In this document: piece by piece, positions 27,415-39,523 of the stretch
How the letters are laid out: each line of letters opens with the position of its first letter
How positions within the stretch are numbered: the first letter of the stretch is position 1
Source of the DNA: Octopus vulgaris
Taxonomy: Eukaryota
DNA length: 64,000 bases
Direction of reading: 5' to 3'
NCBI GenBank assembly: GCA_951406725.2
Contig: OX597822.1
Coordinates: 117,056,001-117,120,000, forward strand
Made by a program: the position numbers and the translations under genes
The notes under the pieces: model-generated
Seen by the model: the letters and a program-made list of their open reading frames with translations, nothing else
What the model was told of the DNA's origin: nothing
The model's database searches: none

Positions 27415-27907
27415 CTAGAAAAAAAAGACACAATTTACAGAGACAAAGGATCAATTTTTCTGTTACATTTTTTTTTTCAACTTCAATGATATTCATAAAT
27501 AGATTAAGTAAAAGAGTATAAATAAGATATAGCAGTCCACTGCTGGACGGACTCCTTTTAATACCTGAAGGTTTCAGGTGTTGGCACAAACTTGTTGACA
27601 CTGACCAATGGTCAATAACAAATACTTGTCAGAAAACACTAAGCAGAAACCTTAGAGAAAAGAAAAATGTAAAATCTTTCAACTTCTTATGAATTAACTA
27701 TTGAGATTTAATGTAAATAATCTTTTATCTTTTACTTGTTTCAGTCATTAGACTGTGGCCATGCTGGAGCACCACCTTGAATTTTTAATCAAATGAATCG
27801 ACTCCAGGACTTATTTTTTAAGTTTGGTACTTATTCTATTGGCCACTTTTGCTGAATTGCCAAGTTACGGGGATGCAAACACACCAACACACACATACAT
27901 ATACATT

Positions 27908-28915
27908 CTTAGATATAACGTGCACCAATCGAGCTTCAGAAAGAGGAGTAAGGCCAACTCAACAGAGCTCAGTACATATATTTGGGAACTTAAGGATACA
28001 AAAATAGATTATAGCTTAAACTGGCGTATACTCACAAAAACAACCTCATCTAACACCGCCAATAGACGTTGCAACCTTTGTCTATCAGCTAAAAAACCCC
28101 TTCTGAACAGGAAATTTGAGAACAACATTTTTTGTCTTCATGTGGGCCTTTATGTATTTTCAAAATACAAGTAGAATAGCCCCTTTTGTCTTCACGTAGG
28201 CCTCTATGTCTTTCATAATCCCAAACTAGAATAGTCATGTATATAAGTCTAATTAGCTGGGAACCACCTTAAACACTTACACACAAATCGTCACCCCGCA
28301 AACCCACTGACCCTCCATATTCCATAATAATTTACTTTGCACCAACATAGAGCCCCTTGTAGCACTAAGAACTCCCTAAACTCTAGCAATAATATAATTC
28401 TTATCCATAATACATTTTTTTAAACCACTCTACCTTGTCTAATAAAACTGGTATGAGTTAGCTCCCTTCTCCCTCTAAGTTAGAGTTATTCCTCTTCACT
28501 TACACCGCCAGTGACTGAAATTCACTGAGGACTAAAAACAAATTTAATACACACGTGCAAAAAAATGTGCTTAGTCAAACTCAGAACCCCACACCAAAAT
28601 AATATTCACCCCACTCTAATTGCCCAACGAAACTAACCAGTCTATTACAATGAAACTTCTCCCCAGCGAAATTGCCAGCACAAGAACAAAATTTAATGTA
28701 AGACTTACTAACTTTGCTTCTATTACCATCAAATATTTTCGCATCCTAACCGATGTATCAATCTATTTTTTGCATTCTGAAGAGATTTACTAAAACTAGT
28801 AAATCAAACCGCCAGTAAATGCTACCTTCATCATTGCTTCCTTCTTCTTTGCTATCTAATTAAAGGTATGCCAGCGAAAACGACGAGTTTCCCCTTGTTA
28901 TTACATCCATTTACT
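27908..28915 (+). mobile_element. Penelope-like element 3' fragment (GIY-YIG endonuclease C-terminus + pseudo-LTR with hammerhead motif)
   Basis: RYNVHQSSFR...STELSTYIWELKD...WRIL...RRCNLCL peptide is typical of the PLE endonuclease end. Hammerhead motif at 28772-28822. Confidence 0.8.
28772..28822 (+). ncRNA. Type I hammerhead ribozyme motif (G of GAAA missing)
   Basis: gcatt-CTGAAGA-gatttacta(aaac)tagtaaatc-AAA-c(cgcca)g-TA-aatgc. Stems I (5 bp) and II (9 bp) pair perfectly. Confidence 0.72.
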
Positions 28916-28917
28916 TT

Positions 28918-28962
<45 letters not shown>

Positions 28963-29319
28963 AATGACAGGCTTCTTTCAGTTTCCGCCTACCAAATCCC
29001 CTCACAAGGTTTTGGTCAGCCTAAGGCTATAGTTGAAGACACTTGTCCAAGGTGCCACGCAGTGGGACTGAACCTTGAACCACATGACTGCGAAGCAAGT
29101 ATCTTACCACACGGCCACGGTAGACATTATAAGAACTAATTCGAGACAGAAAAGTGTAACAGGACACAAACAGAATAACCTGTCTTGCTGACCGACAGAC
29201 TATCTTATTAAGGGTCATGCAGTACACTGGCTATTGGCCGGTTTGAACATAAAACAGGGAGCAGCATATGTGGGCTGGATGTGGCTGGTTTAAAGGCTAA
29301 AGGCTTACATATATATGGA

Positions 29320-29696
29320 TGGAAGCACTCCGTCGGTTACAACAACGAGGGTTCCGGTTGATCCGAATCAACAGCCTGCTCGTGAAATTAACGTGTAAGT
29401 GGCTGAGCACTCCACAGACACGTGCACCCTTAACGTAGTTCTCGGGGATATTCAGCGTGACACAGAGAGTGACAAGGCCGGCCCTTTGAAATACAGGTAC
29501 AACAGAAACAGGAAGTAAGAGTGAGAGAAAGTTGTGGTGAAAGAGTACAGCAGGGATCACCACCATCCCTGCCAGAGCCTCGTGGAGCTTTAGGTGTTTT
29601 CACTCAATAAACACTCACAACGCCCGGTCCGGGAATCGAAACCGCGATCCTACGACCGCGAGTCCGCTGCCCTAACCACTGGGCCATTGCGCCTCC
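29320..29696 (-). mobile_element. tRNA-derived SINE family C (head 1 + tail X); second copy at 14832-15207
   Basis: Head ggaggcgcaatggcccagtggttaggg...gtttcgattcc with A and B boxes. Tail ...cacgttaatttcacgagcagg...gtaaccgacggagtgc. Confidence 0.85.
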
Positions 29697-31218
29697 TACA
29701 TATATATATATATATCTTAATAGTAGTGATAGTGGAGTACTGTTTATTTGTGCAAACACTTAGAGTGTTTGCATAAGATCACAACTAGCTAGTACCATCA
29801 AAGTATGGAGCTGATGTACCAGCAGCATATACACACACACATACAGTGAGAAAGAAAGAGTGAAGGAGAGAGAGGAGGATGCAGAGAGGGAGTAAACAAC
29901 TCCATCATTAACATCTGCTTTCCATGCTGGTATGGGTTGGACGGTTTGAGAGGAGCCAACCAAATAGAAGACTACACCAGGCTTCTGTGTCTGTTTTGGC
30001 ATGGTTTTTTTCAGCTGGATGCCCCCTAACACCAACCACCTCGCAGAGTGGACTGAGTGCTTTATTACGTGGCACTAGCTCAGGCAAGGTCAGTTTTGGC
30101 ATGAATTTTACAGTTAGGTGTTCTTATTGAAATAAGTATTCACCTTATTTTATATAATCACCAATAACTTTTGATAAAATTTAAATTATAATTATTGTAT
30201 ATATGCCATATTTCCAGATTATTACCCATGGTAGCAAAAGTATACTTCCAAAGCTACCTGTCATATGACAGGTACACTCTAGTATACACCTGGGGTGGAT
30301 ATTCCAGGTGTGCTAAGTGTGTGCTGCACACTCATTGAAAATAGCAAATTCATTATAAATATTAACCTTAGACATTAATTTAATCACAAATCTTAATGGA
30401 AAACTTTTGTTATACTCCTGCTTGAAATCTGGTGACATTGGGTGTGACAGCACATTCAATACAACAACCACCATATGCCACTGGTATACACACCTATATA
30501 ATGGGGTTACTTTCAGTTTCCAGGTGCCAAATGCACTCACAAGAACGACCCAGGGCTATATTAATTATATTAGAAAACATTTGCCCAAGGTGCCATGCAG
30601 TGGGATTGAACCTGAAACAACGTGGTAGTGAAACAAACTCCTTAACAACACAGCCATACCTGCATCTATATACTTACCTAAGGTGCTTTGCAGTGGGACT
30701 GAACCAGAGACCATGTGGTTGTGAAATGAACTTCTTAACCACACAGTCATGCTTGCATCATTATTTCATACAATTTTTTACTTTATCACATATTTACTTA
30801 CATTAGATTTTTAGCATTCCTATATTAAATATGCTAATATTTAATATACACCTGTAGTTTTAATTAAGCCTGCGTGTTATGAAGTAGTTTGGCAACTACT
30901 TCGTGGCAGGGTGGCTGGGTGGCTAGCAGGAAAGACATCAAACTATAAAACAATAGTAACTACCTAACAAGTGTCCACGTTTGTGAGAATTTAACTGGCA
31001 CAAACATGATGACCAAGTGGTTAAGAAGTTTGCTTTGTAATTACAGGATTTTGGGGTTCAATTCCACTGCCAGATACTCTCAGCAAGTACCTTAGATTAT
31101 CATGTAATGCAGTTTAGTTTTGTGCAAATGAGAAGTAGTATTAATGCCATCCTTCTAGTTAAACAACTACTGGAGAAATATTTAGCTAAAAGGAGCTGTG
31201 GAGGGACCACTCCATTAA

Positions 31219-31590
31219 TCTCTCTATATATAAAGCTGAAGTTGTCTGTGTGTGGCAGGTTTGCTAGCCTTCAACTAACACTATCTCCTCCGAGACCCTG
31301 CGGTGCAAGTTGACTAAAATTGAGAGTATGATAGAAGAAGGCTTGCTCTTCATTCCATAGAAGATAAAATCCAAATCGGACCATGTTAACACCAAAAATT
31401 ATTTACATCAAAAAGGTGCTTTTTTTCCTATGAAAATCCCTATTTTTTACGATTTTTTTTACTGCTGTGTCGCCATTTTTCGATGTATTTCAATCAGAAA
31501 AATGTTCACTTAAAGAGAATAACAAGCTACATAGAATTCCAATTCTAAAGGGTCGAAACAAACCCGAGCAACACCGGGCGATACTGCTAG
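31219..31590 (+). mobile_element. Non-autonomous Helitron
   Basis: 5' A|TCTCTCTATATATAAA, subterminal hairpin cccgagcaacaccggg, 3' CTAG|T, no TSD. Confidence 0.85.
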
Positions 31591-31789
31591 TAGGTGATAA
31601 AACTGAAATGAAAGTGTAAAATTATTGATGCTAACGTAATAAGAAGAGGGAGAAGTGAGTGTAAAATAAGAGGCTTGGATTAATTAAGAAAAAAAATGTA
31701 AGAATAAAATGATTGCTGTTGGAGCAAGAAAAAGAGTGAAGCTGGTTTGGATCAACGAGAAGAAGATACAACTGAAGAAAGAAACTTAC

Positions 31790-31904
31790 TTCCATTTCTG
31801 CCAATAATAAAGTTGACATGCGGACCAAATTTCACTTCCAGCTTGTGGTGGCACATGAAGTTCTTCAAGACAATCTTTTGAATGTACCCAATCTGACATT
31901 GTTC
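31790..31904 (-). CDS. SMC6: SMC6 coding exon 2 ([38 protein letters not shown])
   Basis: tttaacag acceptor and gtaagt donor, 115 nt. LKNFMCH...VNFIIGRNG is the Smc6 N-terminal head motif and first half of Walker A. Confidence 0.96.
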
Positions 31905-33011
31905 CTGTTAAAAAAATAGTGAGACAATTTGGATTGAGATGTTGGACACCTTTCATATACTGGCAGACAAAGAAAGAAATCCCACCTTGATTTCCCAATT
32001 GTTTCAGCTGTTGAACTCTCCAGCCTTCTTCAGGTGTCTGGTGTTGAACTCGGTTGTGGCATTGGAATTTCGAACCTGGCCCTTTATTTGATCCACGGGG
32101 GGTAGACTCTTCTCATTCTGCTTCCTGCATTTCATGACATTTTTTGTTTCAGTTGATTTTTGTGAATTACCTTAGTGCTTTGCCTGGGACTGAACTCAGA
32201 AACTCTAGGTAACTGCACTGCATTAACCAATGTATTTATCTACTACGCTATGCACAAAACATAGTGAAAGCAATAATCAAGATGAGGGCACCAGTCCGAC
32301 TAATATAAACAGTAATATATAATATAAATTCCTCATTTTACAAATATGGAATTGTATTAAAGAATTCATGGAGGCAGCGACAAGAGACGGAGACCATTGG
32401 TGATATACCATACTTGAGAAGATCTGTGAAGCCAAGCGAGCCCATAGTCGGGACTGGTGCCAGTGTTGTGTGACTGGCATCCATGCTGGTGGCACATAAA
32501 AAGCATCCATTACACTCTTGAAGTGGTTGGTGTTAGAAAGGGCATCCAGCCGTAGAAACCATGCCAAATCAGATGGGAACTTGGTGCAGCTCCCTAGCTT
32601 TCCAATTTTCAGTCAAACTGTCCAACCCATGCCAGCATGGAAAATGATGATGATGATGATGAATGTTACTAAACTTCAACTGAAGAAGACCTGGAGACAA
32701 TTTTCTTTTTGTTCTTTGTTAGTATTTTTTGTGAGAGGTGGGCGGACCACAACTCACTTGTGGGTTTCATTTTCTTTCTTCATTTTGGTTCCTACAGCTG
32801 AATACTCTCCTCCCTAACACCAACAACGTCACAGAGTATATAAAAAAAAAAAAATGGAGCTGGCAAAATGATGCATTACCAGAAATGTATAAATTAATAC
32901 CCCATTAAAATAAAGACAATCTAACTAAAATGGTTGGAATTTACTTCGGAAGCTCTGTAAATAAATTACAAAAAAAAAAAAAGCATGAATGGACCCAAGA
33001 GGAATAAGTTT

Positions 33012-34071
33012 CAATATTCCATGATTTTAGAAGGCTAGGAGCTGGCGGAATCATACTGTGCCAGACAAAATGCTTAGTGATATTTCATGTCTTTACATTC
33101 TGAGTTCAAATGCTGCCAAGGTCAACTTTACCTTTCATCCTTTTGGGATTGCTAAAAGAAGTACTGGGTCGATGTAATCGACTTACTCCCTCTCCTAGAA
33201 TTGCTGGCCTTGTGCCAAAAGTTTAAACCAATATCACATGATTTCACAAATGGCAAGCTGGCAGAATTGTTACCACACAGAGCAAAATGCTTAGCAACAT
33301 TTCATCTATCTTTACGTTTGGAATTCAAATTCTGCCAAAGTCAACTTTGCCTTTCACCCTTTCAGGGTCGATGAAACAAGTACCAGTTGAGCACTGGGAC
33401 TGATGTAATCGACTTCACCCCTTCCACGAAATTGCTGGCCTTGTGCCAATATTCAAAATCAATATTACATGATTTTATCTTTATGTTCTGAGTTTCAATG
33501 CCACCAAGGTTGACTTTGCCGTTCAACCTTTCGGGATCAATAAAATAAGTACCAGTTAAGCACTGGGATTGATGTAATCAATTCCCTTAGAAATGCTGGC
33601 CTTGTGTCAAAATTTGAAAGCAATATTACATGATTTCACAAGAAGCTGGCAGAATCCTTACCTCACTGGGCAGCATTTTTGTCCACCTTTATGTTCTGAG
33701 TTCAAATTCTTCTGAGGCTCACTGGGCCTCTTATTTGTTATGATGTTGATAGAATAAGTACCAGTGGCACTGTCAACATCATCATCATCGTTTAACGTCC
33801 ACTTTCCATGCTAGCATGGGTTGGACGATTTGACTGAGGGCTGGCGAACCAGATGGCTGCACCAGGCTCCAATCTTGATCTGGCAGAGTTTCTACAGCTG
33901 GATGCCCTTCCTAATGCCAACCACACCGAGAGTGTAGTGGGTGCCTTTTACGTGCCGCTGGCACGGGGGCCAGTCAGGCGGTACTGGCAATTGTGGTTGA
34001 TGTAATTGATTTACTCCCTCCCTTGAAATTGCTAGCCTTGTGCCAAAATTTGAAACCAATGTTATATGATT
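33012..34071 (+). mobile_element. Tandem array of four SINE family B copies (tRNA head + gcctttcatcctttcggggtcgataaa domain, probably Meta/MESC-type)
   Basis: Repeated gagctggcagaa...gagttcaaattc...ggccttgtgccaaaatttgaaac units. The same family occurs at 880-1265, 2600-2820, 18540-19560, 25320-25780, 26250-26580 and 44935-45120. The domain name is inference. Confidence 0.8.
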
Positions 34072-35262
34072 CTAGAGTAAAATCTGAGGAAACTTGTAAG
34101 GTCACCATCTCACTGTTAGCTCTTCTCTGACGCCACTCCTTTTCACAAAATTCAGTGTGATTACTTTCTCATTTACTTCTGTCCATACCTCAAAATCTTA
34201 GTGGTACCTGCTTAAAAAAACCTTAATCCAATGGTAGGCAAATCCGACCCAAACACAATTTGAAGTCAGAAAATATTCAGCACCACACAACTTGCTAAAT
34301 GCAACACATTCATTTGTTTTACATCAATTTTTCCATGCTAGCATGGGTGAGATGAGTAAATCGAGACATTGTTTTGTAGTTGGATGCCTCTCCTATCGCT
34401 AACCCTTACTTGTTCTTCAAAGATGGGATCTTATATTTTACATATTTTCGAAGGTGCAAAGTAACGAGTGTTCTGTTGACAGGGGCAATGTTAACGACAT
34501 TGTTTGCAGCAAGCAACTAGCATTGGGCCCAAACGTAAACAAACACAAGACACACACACACAATCCTCATCATCGTTTTAACATTCGCTTTTCTATGCTT
34601 GCATGTGTCAGCATTAATTGAGGTGGATTTTCAACTGACGGGTGCCCTTCTTGACACCAACCTTCACCTGTTTTCAAGCAGGGTCTTCTTCTTGAGACAG
34701 CATTCACCCGGGGTGGGTTGAGCTGGCTTCATTCATCCTCAATGCAGGGTAATGTTTACCCATGACAGAACAGGTTTCCAAATAAGGCTGCAAATAAATG
34801 ACACCACCTGTGGGACAGTGACACTTGTTTACGACTGTCACATGATGTCAAGACAAGGTGACACACAAACATGTTGGTTTTCCTTCATGTCCTCTTTACA
34901 AAATCTACTTACGAAGCTTGTTTCAGCCCAAAGCTACTGTAGAAGACATCTACCTAAACTTGCACACACTTGGACTGAACTCAAAACCTTGTGGTTGGGA
35001 AGCAAATCAAACTTCTTAACTCTACAACCATGCCAGCACCTTCACCAACACACACACACACACACACATACTGGCGCAGGCATGGCTGAGGGGTAAGAAG
35101 GTTGCTTCCCAACCACATGGTTCCAGGTGCAGTCCCGCTGTGTAGTACTTTGTGCAAGTGTCTTCTACTACAGCCCCAGGCTGACCAAAGCCTTGTGAGT
35201 TGATTTGGTAGGCAGAAACCAAAAGAAGCCCAGTCGTATATGTGAGTGTGTGTGTGTGCGTG

Positions 35263-35445
35263 TATTACAATTAATAAGAGAAATGACCACTAAAGTGGAT
35301 TCCTATATGCTAGAGATAGATGTCAAATCACCTTACCACAAAGAGTGTATTCTCAAGAACACACTCTTGAGGTAAGGCGATTTGACATCTATCTCTAGCG
35401 TATAGGATTCCACTTTAGTGGTCATTCCTCTTATTAATTGTAATA
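35263..35445. repeat. Near-perfect foldback (arms ~85 bp)
   Basis: tattacaattaataagag...aagagtgt / acactctt...ctcttattaattgtaata. Confidence 0.9.
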
Positions 35446-35557
35446 TATTTTTTAAATCTTTGGATTTATTTTGAATATGCTTGACCACTGGTTTAAATTG
35501 ATGTTAATTGATTGATATCAATTTCTACCCTCATTATTTTAATATATATATATATGT

Positions 35558-35886
35558 GAGGGCGCGTGACTTAGTGGTTAGGGGCAGTCGGCTCATGATC
35601 GTAAGGTTGTGAGTTCGATTCCCGGGCGACGTGTTGTGTCCTTGAGCAAGACACTTTATTTCACGTTGCACCAGTCCACTCAGCTGGCAAAAATGAAGTA
35701 GAACCTGTATTTCAAAAAAGGGCCAGCCTTGTCACACTTTGTGTCATGCTGAATCTCCCCAAGAACTACATTACGGGTACACGTGTCTGTGGAGTGCTCA
35801 GCCACTTGCACGTTAATTTCACGAGCAGGCTGTTCCATTGATCATATCTGCTGGGACCCTCGTTGTCGTAACCGACAGAGTGCTCC
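35558..35886 (+). mobile_element. tRNA-derived SINE (head 2 with CORE-like block + tail X)
   Basis: A/B boxes, gtgtccttgagcaagacactt block. The 3' ~185 bp is shared with 29320-29500. Confidence 0.82.
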
Positions 35887-36129
35887 TTATATATACATAT
35901 ATGCATAGTTTAAAGATCCAAAGAGGTAGAATGAACAAAGAAAATGTATTCCATCCAGTGAGAGATAAATTTCACCTTAAATCACAACCGAAAGAGCCAC
36001 TCATAGTTTCATGCTTGTAGGATACTTGAGCAGGCATATTTATAAAATACGCCATGTATCTTTAAATATGCATGGATGGATGGATAGATGGGTGAGTGTG
36101 TGTGTGTGTGTGTGTGTCTGTCTATCTAT

Positions 36130-36690
36130 CTAACGCTCTATGTCACGCTGGTGAGACCCATATTGGAGTACGGGATTCAAGCCTCTTCTCCTTATCTCCT
36201 CAAAGACATACAGCATCTCGAAAGAGTCCAGAAGCTGGCTACCCGCATGGTTCTTGGTCTCAAGAATTTGTCTTATGAAGAAAGGCTGAAGACGCTCGAC
36301 CTTTATTCTCTGGAAAAACGATGCCGCCGTGGTGATCTCATTCTTGCTCACAACATCATAAGCGGAAAGTGTAATCTCTCGAAAGAGCTGTTCTTCACTC
36401 CTGCACCAGAGCATTAGCTGCGGGGTCACTCCGTAAAGCTCTATCTGCGACGATTTCATCTCAATCGAAGGAGAGGGGCTTTCTCCGTCCGGGTTGCGGA
36501 TCCGTGGAATAAGCTGCCGGACGAGATGGTGAAGATGCCAATGACCGCTCGGTTCAAAGTCTCCCTTGACCTCAAGTGGCCTGAACTCTTTACATGAACA
36601 CCACCCTGTACATAACTCCATGTCCCCCTACATGGCCTTGCTATTTGCTTTTTGAGCCAAAAATTAAATAACTAATTAACTAACTAACCA
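36130..36690 (+). mobile_element. CR1-clade LINE 3' fragment
   Basis: LYVTLVRPILEYG...LERVQKLATRMV...SYEERLKTLDLYSLEKR..RGDLI, RGHSVKL and WNKLP motifs. (TAAC)n-like tail. Confidence 0.9.
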
Positions 36691-36853
36691 AATTTATTCA
36701 CAAACCTTTTGTTGGCCTGGGACTTTAATAGTATACACTTGCTCAAAGTCAAGGTGCCATGGGAACAGAATCATGCTTTATATGATTAGATAATGAAAAA
36801 TAACGAAGCATTCGAGCATTAAAATGTTAGGAAGTGGTGTGAGATTTACTTAC

Positions 36854-37033
36854 CCCCATGGTTGGTTGATAGAGAAAGTCTGGGTTCTGAGACGTATGAG
36901 AGTTGCTATCATCTGAAACATCTTCAACGTCTGATAACGTAGATGGACGCGACTTCTTCTTGGCTGATGTCTCATCATTACCGTTTCTGCCATCGCCTTG
37001 ACTGTGTTTGTCATTTCTTTGTCGTTTTGGCAT
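36854..37033 (-). CDS. SMC6: SMC6 first coding exon (MPKRQRND...QPTMG, 60 aa, low-complexity N-terminus)
   Basis: Polypyrimidine tract plus CAG immediately followed by ATG at 37033. GG|GTAAGT donor at 36853. 180 nt, phase 0, joins in frame to the next exon. Confidence 0.8.
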
Positions 37034-37600
37034 CTGTTTCAAGGGAAAAGAGAAAAAAAAAAACACACATAGGACTAGTTTTTGCTTCATTATTAAAATA
37101 AAGAAAAGAGAAACATTCCACTATTTCTGCCTCATTCTTTCATACCATACGTAGGATCATCATTGCTGTTAAAACCATTTTTGAGTCAGATCTTTCCGTA
37201 TGTGTATTTAGTGCATGCATGGTTATGTGGTTCAGAGGTTTACTTTGCAGCAACATGGTTCTGATGCCATTACATGTTGTCTTCTACTAGAGTCCCGGAT
37301 TTACTAAGGCCTTGTGACTGAAATTTGGAAATGACTTGAATTCTAACGAATCAGTCAATCAATGTCAACATGGAAAACAAGTGTATACTCTTTAACTCTT
37401 TTGCTTGTTTCAGTAATTTGACTGTGGTCATGCTGGAGCACTGCCTTCAGTCGAGCAAATCGACCCCGGGACTTATTCTTTGTAAGCCTAGTGCTTATTT
37501 TATCGGTCTCCTTTGCCGAACTGCTACGTTACGGGGACGTAAACACACCAGCATCGGTTGTCAAGCAATGTTGGGGGGACAAACACAGACACACAAACAT

Positions 37601-37635
<35 letters not shown>

Positions 37636-37642
37636 AATATAT

Positions 37643-38317
37643 AATTCATGAATGAGGGCAAAGGAAAAAATTTTCTAATGCCAAATATGCCGAAAAATTG
37701 GACATATTGTCCATTAACCATATAATTTTTTCACAATACGCACGCTACTCGAAAAAAGGCCGACAAATTACTAAAAAATTCCATTATTACCATATCGGAC
37801 CGATTTCAGAGTTAGCTACTAAGAGCCCCCTCTTCGTCAGTGATACATGTGGCAAAAGAAATAAATGAGATACTTACTCATACCCATGGAAGAAGCAAAC
37901 ACTAAGTCATGGGCACAACTAAGTACCCCAAATACATCCAAGATAGAAATACTCCAGCCCATTCGAGACACGTGCGATTTGAACTGAGGCCCTCACAGGG
38001 TGAGTTAGTTAGTTCGGAAGTGAACGCTTAAATTTATATCAAATGTGAGGATAAAATACTTTTCGAAAAAAAAATATTTTCTCGAAAAAAATTTTATCAG
38101 TAGCGTGCGTATTGTGAAAAAATTATATGGTTAATGGACAATATGTCCAATTTTTCGGCATATTTGGCATTAGAAAATTTTTTCCTTTGCCCTCATTTAT
38201 GAATTGTTTATAAATTTAACCGTTAAAGGTATTTTTTAATATGCTGGCCATTGATAAAATGTTTTTCGAGAAAATTTTTTTTTTTTTTTTAAATTATTTT
38301 ATCCTCACATTTGATAT
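37643..38317. repeat. Interleaved double inverted repeat
   Basis: Arms 37643-37749 / 38099-38205 (107 bp, near-perfect) and ~38036-38098 / ~38251-38317. Confidence 0.85.
37793..37845 (-). ncRNA. Hammerhead ribozyme motif inside a foldback element
   Basis: Minus strand tatca-CTGACGA-agag...ctct-GAAA-tcgg-TC-cgata. Confidence 0.65.
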
Positions 38318-38352
38318 ATATATATATATTTATACATATAAATATATATACA

Positions 38353-39523
38353 CTAGCAGTATCGCCCGGCGTTGCTCGGGTTGTAAGGGAAATAACTATA
38401 TAAGCATTTTTAGAGAGTTATAGCCAAAAAATAGCAAAAAATGCATTAAAAATTGAAAAAAAATTAAGGTAAATTTTTTTTAAATCGTTGACACATCGTA
38501 GATATTTTTAGAGAGTTACTTCCCGTATATAAAAGCGAAAAAATGCATTAAAATGGAAAAATATGATGGTAAATTTTTTTAAAATCGTAGACTCATCGTA
38601 GACGCGCGCTAATACCCAGAAGGGCTCGATATGAATCACGACTATAAGATACCCGCTTTTGGTTAAACTGCACCGCAAAATGTGGGAGTAATTACGAATG
38701 TAAATCGAAGGGGACAGACACACAACTTCACTCTTATATAAAGATGCTTTTTTTTTTCAGTCATAGAGTTAGATTTATGAAGGTCTTCAGTAGAAAATCC
38801 TTCGAATTCTGACTCGCCGCTTGATATAATGAAATTCGTATCCATTTTTTGTCAGAATTACAAATTTTGAAAACACAATAGGAACAAATTTCGGAAAAAA
38901 ATCTCCCATAATTCACAGAATTAAAATTACACTTCGATTTTTGTACAAAACTGTATTTGAAGTGTTTACGAAGTATAATACGTGTTTTCACGAATGTACT
39001 AAAGAGATTTACTCTGATATTCTCATTTAAATATGAATAGGTAAATTCGGGCGGTTTGGTAACGAAAGGGTTTATATAAGTGTCGTCTGTTTATACATAA
39101 ACACTGTTTCATAGTTTCAGTTTAGTCTTCCTCAAATCACTGTCGCTAATTTACTCTCTTCCAAGAACATTTTCACTCACTGTTATCTGTTAGCTTCCCA
39201 TACATTTTACTCATGTATCTATCAGCGTGATAGACAGAAACAAATATTACATTTACTTTCATTTTATTCGTTGCCCACTGTGTGTGTGCGTTTGCGTGTG
39301 GTGTAAACCAGACTAAGAAAAGCATTTGACACACACACCAGAATGTGAGTTTTCTGTAAATTTTGCTTAATTGGAGTTTAAATTTTAAAAACTGGACCTG
39401 GCATGACGCGATGCATTGTACTCTTAAAACTGCTAGGTAAATTGTAATTGAAGAAATCCTATATTGTAGATTTCTATAACTCCCAAAGGGAGGCAGATAA
39501 AATCTGCCTTTTATAATAAGAGA
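38353..39523 (-). mobile_element. Composite non-autonomous Helitron (two 5' ends, one 3' end)
   Basis: 3' end cccgagcaacgccgggcgatactgCTAG|T at 38353. 5'-type starts TCTTTATATAAG at 38744 and TCTCTTATTATAAAAG at 39523. Confidence 0.78.

Noticed and set aside
29620-29696. tRNA gene (also 15130-15207, 20510-20586, 35558-35630)
   Set aside because: These are SINE heads. A/B boxes are present, but they continue into repeat bodies and lack a proper acceptor stem.
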